Of a stretch of 64,000 bases of DNA, positions 1-10,437 are shown piece after piece (position 1 is the stretch's first letter; each line of letters begins with the position of its first letter). This stretch comes from Dehalococcoidia bacterium (GTDB taxonomy: Bacteria; Chloroflexota; Dehalococcoidia; Plut-88900): positions 864,001-928,000 of the forward strand of contig CBDFLQ010000007.1 of NCBI GenBank assembly GCA_965249275.1, written 5' to 3'. Both the position numbers and the translations under genes were made by a program. Below the pieces are notes generated by a model that worked only from the letters and a program-made list of their open reading frames with translations, was not told the origin of the DNA and made no database searches.

Positions 1-728
1 TCCTGCTCTTCGCTGAAGCGGGCCATTTCGTGGGCGATGTCTCCCTTGTAGAAATAGTCCCGTGCGGCGCGTAGCGCCTCCGGTCTACCGAGATGAGCAT
101 TGGCGGACTCGACATCTGCGAGGCGCTGGAAGGTACGACCTAGGTCGGACTGGACAAATATACTGCCAACCGGGGGGACTCGGCCATCGGGCATGAAAAT
201 CTCTCGGGTGGAGGGCCAGCGGCCAAGGGTGCCGTTGACCGGGTCGGCATCCTCCAGCAAGCCTCCGTAGGTGACGGGGTTCATTGGAAATCCGTCTCGG
301 GCGAGCTGGAGGGCCGGGGTAACGACTTCCCCGAAGGTCTTGGTCCCATATCGTTCCAGGGCGGTGAGCCAGGCGTCGGGGGCGGCGGGCACGATGCTCT
401 GGAGGATCCCCTTAGGGATTTCGCCGCCTGCGTGCTCCATGTAGTAGCCGATGTTGGCAGATCGGGGCCAGCGGCCCAGGCCGCTAATGGTGATCACGGA
501 ATTCGACGCGGCTAGATAGATCATGATGGGCGCTACGCCACCGAAATTGGTGCTTTCCGGCAGGAGAACGTTGATGGCAATGCCAGCGGCCACTCCCGCA
601 TCAACGGCGTTGCCTCCCTGCTCCAGAATACGGTACCCGGCCTCGGCGGCAAGGTAATGGCCGGCAGCGACCATGTGGGTGGTTCCCATGAAAGTGGGCC
701 GAAGGCTTTCGATACCGGGATAAGTCAT
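1..728 (-). CDS. ggt: gamma-glutamyltranspeptidase family protein (runs off window start)
   Basis: Manual translation from ATG at 728: MTYPGIESLRPTFMGTTHMVAAGHYLAAEAGYRILEQGGNAVDAGVAAG; GGNAVDA is the GGT N-terminal motif; RBS AGGAG upstream. Confidence 0.85.
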   Translation of the reverse strand, partial: MTYPGIESLRPTFMGTTHMVAAGHYLAAEAGYRILEQGGNAVDAGVAAGIAINVLLPESTNFGGVAPIMIYLAASNSVITISGLGRWPRSANIGYYMEHAGGEIPKGILQSIVPAAPDAWLTALERYGTKTFGEVVTPALQLARDGFPMNPVTYGGLLEDADPVNGTLGRWPSTREIFMPDGRVPPVGSIFVQSDLGRTFQRLADVESANAHLGRPEALRAARDYFYKGDIAHEMARFSEEQ

Positions 729-759
729 GGCGGTTCTCCTTTTTCTCGAGGATGAGGGT

Positions 760-2091
760 CTAGGACCCGACACCCTCCGATACGGCGCGTATGGCTTCCT
801 CCATAATGGCAAGAGCCTTGTCTATCTCCGGCTCGCCGATGACTAGGGGAGGAGCGAGGCGGATCACGGGCGTGCCGTGAGTCGTGAACAGTATAAGGCC
901 CTTTTGGAGGCAGTAGCTGGTGATTTGGTCCATCAGGTCGGGGGCGGGGTGAGCCGAGGATTTGTCAGTGACGATTTCAAGACCCAGTAGTAAACCCACG
1001 CCCCGCACATCCCCAACGATCTCGTATTGGTCACGCAAAGTCTCGAGGCCCGTTCGAAAATAGTCTCCCATAACCTCCGCCCTCTCGACCAGGCCCTCGG
1101 ACTCTATGATCTCCAAGTTGGCCAGGCCGACGCCGCAGAGGAAGGGGTCGCCACTGTGCGAGGTGCTCTGAGCATAACCTCCCTCCTCCAGCTTGCGAGC
1201 GACAGACTCGGAGACGACGGTCGCGCTCAGGGGCACGGCCCCGCCGAGGCTTTTGGAAAGGGTCATGACGTCGGGGACGACGTTGTGGTGCTCGGCGGCA
1301 AACCATTTACCTGTTCGCCCCAGACCGGTGAGGGCCTCGTCCATGATGAGAAGAGCGCCTCTCTCGGTGCAAAAACGACGGAGGGCCTGCACGTACTCTG
1401 AGGGCGGGACGACGATGGGGCCACCGAGGACCGGCTCGATGATCACTGCGGCGGGCTCGCCGGTGGTATTCAGGTCGATCATTTCTACGGAATAGTCGAA
1501 GCAAACCAGAGAGCATCCGTCCTGCCGTGAACAGAAGCGGCAGCGGTAGGAGTTGGGTGTGGGGAGAAATGTGACGCCAGGCAGGCCAGGGCCGTATTCG
1601 GGGTGGCCCCGACGGTAGCCGCGGCCCGTGACGCTCCATGCGGCAAGTGAGAGGCCGTGATAGCTTTCCGATAAAGATATCAGTTCATGCCTTCCTGTGG
1701 CGAAACGGGCGATGCGGATGGCGGTCTCCACGGAGTCGGAGCCCGTGCAGCCGTAAAAGGGCTTTTGCAGGTCCCCCGGAGTAAGTTCAGAGAGGCGTTT
1801 GGATAGGGCAACTTCCTGCGGGGTGGTGAAAGATGAGCCCGTCTGCATTAGGAGTGCCGACTGACGGGTCACGGCTTCCAGGAGTCGGGGGTGGCTGTGG
1901 CCCACGGAAACGCAGAGCTGGCCCGACATCATGTCCAGGTACTCCTTGCCTTCCACGTCCCAGAGGGAGCAGCCCAGGCCCCTTGCGGGGACTATAGGGA
2001 ACTTTTGCCAGGTGTTGAGTGTCCAGCGCTCCCCGGCCTCAATCCATTGCTCGTTGGTTGTCAGATCGAGTCCGTGGGTGCTTCCTACCAT
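760..2091 (-). CDS. class III PLP aminotransferase
   Basis: DEALTGLGRTG and PDVMTLSKSLGG (PLP lysine), GHSHP, IRLAPPL motifs. Confidence 0.92.
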   Translation of the reverse strand: MVGSTHGLDLTTNEQWIEAGERWTLNTWQKFPIVPARGLGCSLWDVEGKEYLDMMSGQLCVSVGHSHPRLLEAVTRQSALLMQTGSSFTTPQEVALSKRLSELTPGDLQKPFYGCTGSDSVETAIRIARFATGRHELISLSESYHGLSLAAWSVTGRGYRRGHPEYGPGLPGVTFLPTPNSYRCRFCSRQDGCSLVCFDYSVEMIDLNTTGEPAAVIIEPVLGGPIVVPPSEYVQALRRFCTERGALLIMDEALTGLGRTGKWFAAEHHNVVPDVMTLSKSLGGAVPLSATVVSESVARKLEEGGYAQSTSHSGDPFLCGVGLANLEIIESEGLVERAEVMGDYFRTGLETLRDQYEIVGDVRGVGLLLGLEIVTDKSSAHPAPDLMDQITSYCLQKGLILFTTHGTPVIRLAPPLVIGEPEIDKALAIMEEAIRAVSEGVGS

Positions 2092-2182
2092 AATCTGCTC
2101 CTCTCAGAGTGTGTTTGTCGGAGGTTTCGAGAGTATTATATTGCGCTTGACGGGTGAACGCTTGTTATGAAAAGAAGATGAC

Positions 2183-3223
2183 ATGCCGATAGGCGAACTA
2201 TCAGTCCTGGCGTCGGCGCTTCTGTTCTCGATGACGGGAATTGTGCAGAAGACGCTGGTGTCCAGGTTCAGGCCGCTGACGCTGGGCGCTCTGGGGTCTG
2301 GGGGAGGGGCATTAGCGGGACTAATCTTATCGCTGACCATTGCCGACATCGGAGAGCTTACCCGTATCCCGACTCTTTACCTGGTCCTCGGAATTCTTGG
2401 CGGGATTATTAACATCGGGCTGGGCGAGCCGCTGTACCTGCTGTTCCTGAGAAACGTGGACATCAGCAAGGCGTGGCCGATGGTGGCTGGACTGCTATCG
2501 AGCTATTCGCTGCTATCGGGGATATTCGTTCTGGGAGAGACGCCTTCTCGCTACGACATACTGGGAGTGGTGGTAATAGCGATGGGGGTATACCTGCTTA
2601 GCTTTGGCCAGCGCAGGTACACGGATAAGAACCAAGCCTCGTGGCTGGGGTTTAAGGGTGTGCTTCTGCTGGCGCTGGTGGCAGCGTTCTGGGTATCAGG
2701 TCTTACGATTCAGGGGTTCGCTCTGCGTCACATGGACCCACCACTGCTGAACATGACCCGGCTTTCGGCAGTATGTATTTTCCTGACTGTGATGTCCGGG
2801 CTGGGAGTTAACGACATACTGCTGCCGAGCGAAGAGGACGCTGCTTTGGGTTTCGGAAGACGGGTCAAGAAAGCGCTCTCCCAGGGACTCGTTGCGCGCA
2901 CCGTGCGTCGAGTCCTGAAACTTGAAGGGTCTATAGCTCATCAAGACTCGGACCGCAGGAGGAGGCGCTTCCGGTCCGGATGGTCGTACCGGATGTCAGG
3001 CGTGGCAGTAACGAACGGGAGCATATCTCTGGGCGTCGCCAGCATGTTGTTCCTGGTCGGGGTACAAAGAGCGGGCCTTTCGATAGCGGCAGCGCTATCG
3101 TCGACACAGATATTCTGGACGACGACGCTGTCGGCGATAGTGCTAAGGGAGCGCGTGAACCCGGCAGGGATAGCAGGGGTGCTCACTCTGTTCGGAGGGA
3201 TACTTCTAATCCTGCTATTGTGA
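2183..3223 (+). CDS. DMT/EamA family transporter
   Basis: About 10 hydrophobic segments; two EamA-type repeats (LGE, LRERVN motifs); long basic loop in the second repeat. Confidence 0.8.
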   Translation: MPIGELSVLASALLFSMTGIVQKTLVSRFRPLTLGALGSGGGALAGLILSLTIADIGELTRIPTLYLVLGILGGIINIGLGEPLYLLFLRNVDISKAWPMVAGLLSSYSLLSGIFVLGETPSRYDILGVVVIAMGVYLLSFGQRRYTDKNQASWLGFKGVLLLALVAAFWVSGLTIQGFALRHMDPPLLNMTRLSAVCIFLTVMSGLGVNDILLPSEEDAALGFGRRVKKALSQGLVARTVRRVLKLEGSIAHQDSDRRRRRFRSGWSYRMSGVAVTNGSISLGVASMLFLVGVQRAGLSIAAALSSTQIFWTTTLSAIVLRERVNPAGIAGVLTLFGGILLILLL

Positions 3224-3261
3224 GCAGGGCTGGCTATACAGCGCCCTGTTCTCTGCCCGCC

Positions 3262-3606
3262 TCACTCCGTGAAAGTGTCGCGATCCAGGAGCAGGAAGAC
3301 CTCGCCCCACTGAGAAGCATCTTCGAGGGCCCAGTCGCCCGCCGAGTCCTGGGGCCGGAGGCGAATGCCCTCTTCTCCGCCATAGACGAGCAGGGCGGCC
3401 CCTTCACCGGAGTCATCAACCAGAGCGGCGAAGGCGGTTACAGCGCCCTCGGAAGACCAGCCGACTACCTCGTATACGCCTTCAGTTCCGTCGGGCGCGA
3501 AGGCGGCGACTTTCGAGATGGGCCTCGGGTCTCCGATGGTCTGGAAGCTGCGGGTCACGTCGAAAAGGCTATTCTCCGATTCTTCTACTTCTAATACTAG
3601 CAGCAC
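3262..3606 (-). CDS. hypothetical acidic protein
   Basis: 114-aa ORF, GTG start with GGAG RBS, co-oriented directly after 3629..3997. Confidence 0.65.
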   Translation of the reverse strand: MLLVLEVEESENSLFDVTRSFQTIGDPRPISKVAAFAPDGTEGVYEVVGWSSEGAVTAFAALVDDSGEGAALLVYGGEEGIRLRPQDSAGDWALEDASQWGEVFLLLDRDTFTE

Positions 3607-3628
3607 GGGGAGTCTCCGGGTATTTGGG

Positions 3629-3997
3629 TTAGGCCTCTATACTGCGCATGCCTGAACGCTGCATCTGGGCAGTTGCAAGGTACTGTTCGAGTAGGACGCG
3701 GGCTTCGGGCTTGCGGAGGTCCAGGGATGAGATGGCAATGGCCCGGTAGAATACCCCAGCCGGGACTTGAACGGACGTAGAGGAGCCCGACTCAGGCAAT
3801 TCCGCGCCTAGGGCTTCGGCCATGAACTCGGCTTGTAACTCTCCGACTCCCGTTGCGTGGCACTTGGTCACGGCACGGCCGCGGTGCAAGAGGGTTACGC
3901 CGGACTTCGACCGCTTGAGGGTGAGAGGAATGGCAGCGCGCGGTTTTTCGAGGATTTCCTCGGCGTAGTCCTGGGCCCGGGAGCGGCTTATGCCCAT
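3629..3997 (-). CDS. hypothetical protein
   Basis: ORF track 3629..4030; ATG at 3997 lies 7 nt after the reductase stop, consistent with an operon. Confidence 0.65.
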   Translation of the reverse strand: MGISRSRAQDYAEEILEKPRAAIPLTLKRSKSGVTLLHRGRAVTKCHATGVGELQAEFMAEALGAELPESGSSTSVQVPAGVFYRAIAISSLDLRKPEARVLLEQYLATAQMQRSGMRSIEA

Positions 3998-4004
3998 GCA
4001 GGCC

Positions 4005-5837
4005 TTATACCATGCACTCTCCCTCGCCACGCTCGACCTTGAACATACGGGTCTTTCCCCAGTCCATGTAGGTGTTGAGGCTCTCCTTGTTCAAGGGGCC
4101 CGTCTCCTTGTAGGCGCCTGCGAGGGTTTCAAAGGGCTCGGTGCCGACGCGGTCGACGAAGCGGTTGAATACCTCCTGGGGCTCGCGCTCGTTCTGGTAG
4201 AAGTGGACGATGTCCTGCACGAGGCTTGGGACCTTCTTGGCAGGGATCTTTGTCTTTACTCTCTTGCCAAACCGGGCGTCTTCATCGCTGCCGAAGCTGC
4301 CGCCGATGAAAAGCTCATAGGAGGGAATCTGGCTCTTGTTGGCGCCACGGGTAGCTGCTCCGTGGAATCCGATGTTTGCGATGTGATGCCGGGCGCAGCC
4401 ATTGGGGCAGCCACTGATCTTCACGTGGAGGGACCTGACTAGCGGGTCCTCATAGGCCGCCTCCCTAAGGGCATCGCCGACGGCCTGACCCAAGCCCATT
4501 GAAGATGTTATGCCGAGCTTGCAGCTGTCGGTGCCGGGGCAGGAGACCACATCCGTAATCTCTCCCGCTCCTGCTTCCCCGAGGCCTGCGTTCTTAAGCT
4601 GACGCCAGACTTCTTTCAGTACGCCGGTGGGGACCCACCGGTAAACCACGTTCTGCTCCACGGTGGTGCGGATGCGGCCACCGGCAAAGTCGCGTGCGAT
4701 GCGGCTCAGAATGGGGAACTGCTCGGTGGAGATATCGCCGAGAGGAAGCTTGACGGTGACGACGTTGTAACCTTCCTGTTTCTGGGGGCGCACGTTGCTC
4801 GAGACCCACCGGTCGAAGACGGGAGACCTCTGCCCGTTGCTCTCTACAGGCACAAGGGCGGGGGGCTCGTCAATGAGCTCAGGAGGGAGTTCCATGAGGG
4901 GCTCGGGATCGTAGGACTCCTGGGCCCAGGGTTGCTTCAACTCTTCTTCGACCTGCTCACGGAAGGCGTCGATGCCTACCCGGTCGATGTAGAACTTGAT
5001 CCGGGCCTTCATTCGGTTACGGCGGAGTTCGTCCGTGCGGTTAAAGATGCGGACTACGGCCTCGCTGACCCGGAGGAAGTCCTCGACGGGGACAAAGTCG
5101 TAGAGGGTGTAGGCGAGTCGGGGCATGATGGAGGTGCCGCCGCCGGTGATCATTTCGAAGCCGCGGCGCTCGACGCCATTCTCGTCGATCCGGACCCTGG
5201 GCTTGAAGGCGAGGTCATGGATGGCGGTGACGACACAGTCGTCATTGCAAGAGGCGAAGGCTACTTTGAACTTTCGGGGGAGCGCCTGGGCCTGGGGGTG
5301 TCGTACGAACCAACGTGCGAAGGCCGCTAAGTAGGGGCCTACGTAAAAGGGCTCGTCGGGGGTGACGCCGGAAAGGGGGCAGCCGATGACGTTTCGCACG
5401 GTGTTGCCGCAGGCCTCACGGGTAGAAAGACCTGCCTCACCGAGTATGCGCAAGACGTCAGGGGTGTCTTCCAGATTTACGAAGTGAAGCTGGATGTTCT
5501 CCCGGGTGGTGACGTGCCCCTTGTTGAGGGGAACGTACTTATCGACGATTTCGCCTACGGCATCCAGCTGGTCAGCAGTGAGGCTGCCGGCAGGCATCTT
5601 GATACGGATCATGTGGACGTCCGGCTGGCGCTGGCCGTAGATGCCGCGGACGAGCCTATAGGCAGTGAATTTCAGGGGGTCTTCCCAGCCGCCCTTCTGG
5701 AAGCGGGTTACCTCGGTTTCGAAGTCAGATACTTCCTGGGGCAGGTAGGGAATGATTCCCTTTGAGTAATCAAGACCGGCCTTGTCTTTTATGGAAAGAT
5801 CTCTTTCGACAGTAGTCATTTCGCCCTGAACTCCCAT
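4005..5837 (-). CDS. ferredoxin-dependent sulfite/nitrite reductase (siroheme, 4Fe-4S)
   Basis: TTRENIQ, CGNTVRN, LPRKFK, and SCPGTDSCKLG...SGCPNGC siroheme/Fe-S cysteine motifs. Confidence 0.92.
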   Translation of the reverse strand: MGVQGEMTTVERDLSIKDKAGLDYSKGIIPYLPQEVSDFETEVTRFQKGGWEDPLKFTAYRLVRGIYGQRQPDVHMIRIKMPAGSLTADQLDAVGEIVDKYVPLNKGHVTTRENIQLHFVNLEDTPDVLRILGEAGLSTREACGNTVRNVIGCPLSGVTPDEPFYVGPYLAAFARWFVRHPQAQALPRKFKVAFASCNDDCVVTAIHDLAFKPRVRIDENGVERRGFEMITGGGTSIMPRLAYTLYDFVPVEDFLRVSEAVVRIFNRTDELRRNRMKARIKFYIDRVGIDAFREQVEEELKQPWAQESYDPEPLMELPPELIDEPPALVPVESNGQRSPVFDRWVSSNVRPQKQEGYNVVTVKLPLGDISTEQFPILSRIARDFAGGRIRTTVEQNVVYRWVPTGVLKEVWRQLKNAGLGEAGAGEITDVVSCPGTDSCKLGITSSMGLGQAVGDALREAAYEDPLVRSLHVKISGCPNGCARHHIANIGFHGAATRGANKSQIPSYELFIGGSFGSDEDARFGKRVKTKIPAKKVPSLVQDIVHFYQNEREPQEVFNRFVDRVGTEPFETLAGAYKETGPLNKESLNTYMDWGKTRMFKVERGEGECMV

Positions 5838-6065
5838 GTTTCTTTATTGCAATAAAAAACGCCCCTTCGATTACACTTAATCGTAGGGGCGCAACGCTAT
5901 GCCAAGCTGGATTAGCGCCGGCCCTATTGCCGGCACATACAGACGCAAGAATCAAGCCAATATCTGTTATTCATCGGTGCTGAAGCTTAGCGTTGTTTAG
6001 GAGTGATGTCAAACGTGGGCAGGTCTATCGATGGCGCTGGCAATGGCAAGGGCGTGCCAGGACAA

Positions 6066-7262
6066 CTAGAACGCGACCTCTCGTAACTCGTCCGACTCCG
6101 TAGTGATAAGGTCAGACCCCGTCTCCGTAACTACATGGGTGTCCTCCCACAGCAGGTGCAACTCCTTATCCCCGATGCCTGGCTCCGTGCTTATGACAGT
6201 GCCTACTTCCAGCACCGTATGGTCGGTGGGTGTCACACTGGGAGGCTCCGTGAACTGTATTCCTTGCCCGTGACCCATGCGGCTCCCACCCGTGAGTCTT
6301 TCAGGGTTGTCCGTCTCAACTCCCAAGTCTTTCATAGCTTGCACACCGGCACTGTGAATGTCCGCCGCCTCGACGCCCGGTCGCAGGGCCTCTACCATGC
6401 GGCGGTTCACTTCGAGGAGTTGATTGTAGAGACGTTTCTGCCTATCTGTGGGCGGACCCAGGGAGACCATACGTGGGTAGTCGACGGTATACATCCCGAC
6501 CCGGGCCCCGGTGTCGATGCCCAGTATGACGCCCGGTCTCAGAGGCCTGTCATAGTGAAATGCGTGCTTAGCTCCGGGAAGCTCGGACTGGATGTCGAAC
6601 TGGAAATGGACGAAGGACGTGCCGTCGGCACCTTCATCTAGTACCAGCTTCTGGAACTGGCGCGCCAACTGGCGTTCGGTTACTCCGGGAGTCAAATAGT
6701 CTGTATACAGGCGATGTCGAGCCCTGGCGGTAATGCGAGCCGCCTCACGCATGTATGACACTTCCTCCTCCGACTTGACCATGCGAGTCTTGATGATGAC
6801 GTCCGCGGCGTCAACGAACCGGGCCTCGGGCATCGAGCCGACGATGCTCAGGTAGTCCCCGACCGGCACACCCATCCTCTGCTCCTGACCCAACTCCGCA
6901 CCGATGCGACCAGCGCTCAGTCCCCTGTCCCGCAGAGCCTCTTCAACCAGCTCGTATGGGAACTGGAGGACATCGAAGTAGTCCCGGATGTCGGCGATAT
7001 ATGTGCTCTGCTCGATGTTGTCCCTGCCTTGGGAAACGATTATCGGATCTCCTACGGCGGGCAAAATGAAAGCCGAGGGTCGGGCCAAAGATTCGTTGGG
7101 GCCGATGCTTGGGGCAGCACCCACAAAGTAGTGGAAGTTGTGTTCTCCCGTAATCAGCAGCGCGTCCAAGTCGTTTTGTGCCATCAGCAAGCGGGCTCGG
7201 GCGAGTCGGCGGTCCATCTCTTGTCGGGAGAACATGGGGTAGGTCGGGTTTGACTGTGCCAA
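6066..7262 (-). CDS. M24 family Xaa-Pro peptidase/creatinase-like protein
   Basis: Creatinase-type N-domain; GHGQG, EPP, STEPG, WEDT metal-site motifs; start uncertain (ORF track extends to 7337). Confidence 0.85.
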   Translation of the reverse strand: MAQSNPTYPMFSRQEMDRRLARARLLMAQNDLDALLITGEHNFHYFVGAAPSIGPNESLARPSAFILPAVGDPIIVSQGRDNIEQSTYIADIRDYFDVLQFPYELVEEALRDRGLSAGRIGAELGQEQRMGVPVGDYLSIVGSMPEARFVDAADVIIKTRMVKSEEEVSYMREAARITARARHRLYTDYLTPGVTERQLARQFQKLVLDEGADGTSFVHFQFDIQSELPGAKHAFHYDRPLRPGVILGIDTGARVGMYTVDYPRMVSLGPPTDRQKRLYNQLLEVNRRMVEALRPGVEAADIHSAGVQAMKDLGVETDNPERLTGGSRMGHGQGIQFTEPPSVTPTDHTVLEVGTVISTEPGIGDKELHLLWEDTHVVTETGSDLITTESDELREVAF

Positions 7263-7489
7263 AGGAACTCCTTCACTAAATTCTTGCCATTTACCGAAAT
7301 CGAAGGTTAACCCCACGGTGTGAAGCGTGCAACTCACTCAGTTTCCCGAAGGACTATGGAAGAGCCCATGACAATGGCGAGTGGTCTCGCAATCACCTTG
7401 TCAGAATAGCGCTACACCAAATTCCCCAAGATGCGTTGTGATAGGATGCACTCTGATGGGATCTGTATGGATTAAAGGGGTGCCTTAGC

Positions 7490-7711
7490 ATGAAAAAAGA
7501 GCTCTCTGTGAGCGTTTGGCAAGAAGGCTAGTGGTCCGTGGCTCAGGCTCTGGAAACGGACGTGGCCAGCCAAGGCCATTCCGTAGAAGAGGCTCTTGCC
7601 AATCTACGCGAGGCATTGGAATTGCATTTTGAGGCATCTGTTGCCACAACCTCACGCGAGATCCGGCGCATTGAGATAGAGGTTGCCGCCAGTCACGCTA
7701 CGAACAATTAG
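7490..7711 (+). pseudogene. hicB: HicB-family antitoxin with in-frame TAG
   Basis: MKKELSVSVWQEG*WSVAQALETDVASQGHSVEEALANLREALELHFE...; SQGxxxEEAxxNLREALELH is the HicB motif; stop at 7529-7531. Confidence 0.8.
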
Positions 7712-8824
7712 ATGAAAATAGAACGTGTCGAAGTCCGAGTTGTCGCTCCCCAAGTCCAGCGGTTTACCTGGTCCCACGACCTCCCCGACCAGTTCGCCAC
7801 CAACACCCTGGTCCGTATCTTCACTGACGAGGGTGTCGAGGGCGTGGGTGGTGCATGGAACGGCACCTCCTTCGACTATGACCGCTATACCGCAGAAACA
7901 CTGCGCCACCTCTCCCCGACCCTAGTGGGTCGTGACCCGTTAGACCGGGAGGCTCTTCGTCGGGATCTGTGGCCTCGGGTCTTTCCGATACCTCCCCAGG
8001 CCCTCGCCGCAATCGACATCGCGTTGTGGGACCTGGCCGGGAAGGCGGCGGGCATGCCTCTCTACAAGCTAATCGGAGCCACCAGAGACCGAATCCCTTC
8101 CTATGCGAGCACTCCCATGCTGGATGACGTACCCGCATATCTGGACTTCGTGGAGACTCTGCTAGACCAGGGCTTCAACGCCGTCAAATTCCACACATGG
8201 TGTATACCGGAGCAGGATGCAGCCCTGGCCCGCGCAGTCCGGCAGAAGCATCCCAGCAAGGACATAGCGTTCATGTTGGATGCGGAGAACAACTACGACA
8301 GGGAATCCGCTCTCAGGGTTGCTAAAGAGCTGGAAAGCCTGGACTTCACCTGGTTCGAGGCTCCCCTCCCCGACTACGACCTCGAAGGCTACCGAGCTTT
8401 GGCAGAGGCAGTCGAGATGCCGGTGCTCCCATCTGGGAACTGGATTATGGACCTGACAACTTTCGAAAGCGCGGTGAAGTCGGGGTGCTGGCGGTCGTCC
8501 CGGACGGATGCGCTGATTCTCGGGGGCGTAACTCCTCTACACAAGGCCGTCGAGATTAGCGAGTCCGCAGGCATCAATTGCGAGATCATGTCCTGGGGAT
8601 TCAGCCTGAACTCGACCGCCAACCTCCATCTGATGCTCACCACCGACAGCTGTTCCTACTTCGAGCAGACTATGCCATACGAGCCTTACGAGTACGGCAT
8701 GATAGACGTCGTCCGAACCCAAGTGGATGGATACGTCTACGCCCCAGAAAAGCCGGGACTAGGTCTGGATGTTGACTGGGAGGCGATGGAGCACGCCACA
8801 ATCCACAGTTTGACCTTCCCCTAG
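7712..8824 (+). CDS. mandelate racemase/muconate lactonizing enzyme family protein
   Basis: AAIDIALWDLAGK, MLDAENNY, WFEAP, PGLGLDVD. Confidence 0.9.
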   Translation: MKIERVEVRVVAPQVQRFTWSHDLPDQFATNTLVRIFTDEGVEGVGGAWNGTSFDYDRYTAETLRHLSPTLVGRDPLDREALRRDLWPRVFPIPPQALAAIDIALWDLAGKAAGMPLYKLIGATRDRIPSYASTPMLDDVPAYLDFVETLLDQGFNAVKFHTWCIPEQDAALARAVRQKHPSKDIAFMLDAENNYDRESALRVAKELESLDFTWFEAPLPDYDLEGYRALAEAVEMPVLPSGNWIMDLTTFESAVKSGCWRSSRTDALILGGVTPLHKAVEISESAGINCEIMSWGFSLNSTANLHLMLTTDSCSYFEQTMPYEPYEYGMIDVVRTQVDGYVYAPEKPGLGLDVDWEAMEHATIHSLTFP

Positions 8825-10410
8825 TCGCGCTCGTACTTCCTACCCAACTCTTCCTCCCACCTCAAGTACTCTATCGCCCCCGCGAAGTTGCGCCCAGACC
8901 CGGTAGCCACCAGGTCATCCGGGGGTGTCAACACACCTGCCAGACCTTTTTCCAACGGATGACCCTCCGCAACCCAAGCCCGCGTACCTCCATCCAACGA
9001 CGCCACGCTTTCATACCCCATATCCACCAACGCCAGTCCAGCGAGTATCGATTCACGGCCCTCGGGGCTCACAAGCACTACGGGTGTCGACTTGGAGGGC
9101 ACAATGCTGTCCGCGAGGAGCTCCAGGGAGCCCCGAGGCGCCCATCGGCTGCCCGGCGGGTGTCCTTGCGAGAACTCCGCACTCGTCCCGATAAACAGCG
9201 CTACGGCGGACTCTTTCATCATCCTAGCCACATCTCTCGGGGGCAGTGAGGAGACACGGGTGCGAGCTTCTTCGAAGGTGGCGGGTCCTGCATCGCGGGA
9301 ATCCGATTCAAGCTCCAATCCCGCTTCCTTCCATGCCTTCGTGCCGCCCTCTACCACGTGAACGTTCGGGTATCCCATCTGCCTGAAAAAGGAGCCCGTC
9401 ACCGAGGCCCTAGCTATTCCGTCGCAGCAAAAGACGATCTGCCCTGCCTTCACCCCAACCACGTTGTCGCTCTCCTGGACGGCCTGACCTCCCGGATGCC
9501 ACCAGAATCCCGGAATATGGCCTGCTTCGAATTCATCGCGCGTTCTCACATCCACGAGATAGACGTTCTCGTCACGCCGCTCCGACAACAACCTTTGCAG
9601 CCCGTCGGGCGTCAAATAGTTCACTCCGTCTTCAGTCGCCACTCTTCGGCCGAATGCCTCAGCCCTCCCCAATGCCTCCACCGATGGCGCATTCAGGGTC
9701 ACCCGGCCCGACCCATTCTCCAAGTCAAAACCAGCCAACTGCCACCCCATCGTTCCGTTCCGCAGCCCGTAGATTTGCTTCACGCCCATACGCTGCAAAA
9801 GGCCCGTACCAACTATGCTCCGGGTACGGCCCGCACAATGCACAACCACCGGGGTATCCTCGGTATCCATCAGGTCCCAGATACGCAAGGCGATCTCCCC
9901 ACCGGGAAGGCTGCGGCTGCCCGGAATACAGAAATTGTGGTGTTCCTCCGGGGTCCGGGAGTCGACCATGACGAACTGCTCGCCGCGGGAGATCCAGCCT
10001 TCAAGCTCCTCGGCGGTTATCTCCGGCACCTGCTGTTCAACCTGCAACCGTTCTCCGAAGTCTTTGCTCAGAACGTTGACACCCCACTCGGACCCGTAAC
10101 CGAGGGATGTCCAGCGGTTGATCCCACCCTCCAACACCGACCCATTCTCGTATCTCATGCGTTCCAGCGTGCCAAGGGCCAACGCTGCTCTCCTACCGTC
10201 GTCATCGCAGACTACAATCCTAGTCGCCCTATTGGGTACAAGGCGAGGGAGCCGGTACTCAATGAGCCGTCGTGGAAGTGGGCAGGCGCCGGGGATGTGG
10301 GCGAGGTTATATTCTCCGTGCTCACGCACGTCCAACAGGGCGATGGGAGCGCCTTGGTTCAGCAGGGATGCAAGCTCTTCAGAGGCAGTGATTTTAGGCA
10401 TCTCTGGCAT
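8821..10410 (-). CDS. multi-domain (four-repeat) rhodanese/sulfurtransferase
   Basis: Repeated DVR..E...HIPG and LxGGxxxW units; active-site loop HCAGRTRS. Confidence 0.88.
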   Translation of the reverse strand: MPEMPKITASEELASLLNQGAPIALLDVREHGEYNLAHIPGACPLPRRLIEYRLPRLVPNRATRIVVCDDDGRRAALALGTLERMRYENGSVLEGGINRWTSLGYGSEWGVNVLSKDFGERLQVEQQVPEITAEELEGWISRGEQFVMVDSRTPEEHHNFCIPGSRSLPGGEIALRIWDLMDTEDTPVVVHCAGRTRSIVGTGLLQRMGVKQIYGLRNGTMGWQLAGFDLENGSGRVTLNAPSVEALGRAEAFGRRVATEDGVNYLTPDGLQRLLSERRDENVYLVDVRTRDEFEAGHIPGFWWHPGGQAVQESDNVVGVKAGQIVFCCDGIARASVTGSFFRQMGYPNVHVVEGGTKAWKEAGLELESDSRDAGPATFEEARTRVSSLPPRDVARMMKESAVALFIGTSAEFSQGHPPGSRWAPRGSLELLADSIVPSKSTPVVLVSPEGRESILAGLALVDMGYESVASLDGGTRAWVAEGHPLEKGLAGVLTPPDDLVATGSGRNFAGAIEYLRWEEELGRKYERD

Positions 10411-10437
10411 TGAGAATGTGCAGATACGGCAGACCGG

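Noticed and set aside
6046-6060. Sigma54 promoter (TGGCACGCCCTTGC) upstream of the reductase
   Set aside because: The -24/-12 spacing is one base short of the strict consensus
7529-7531. Pyrrolysine/recoded amber codon
   Set aside because: Many genes here end in TAG normally; no pyl genes in the window
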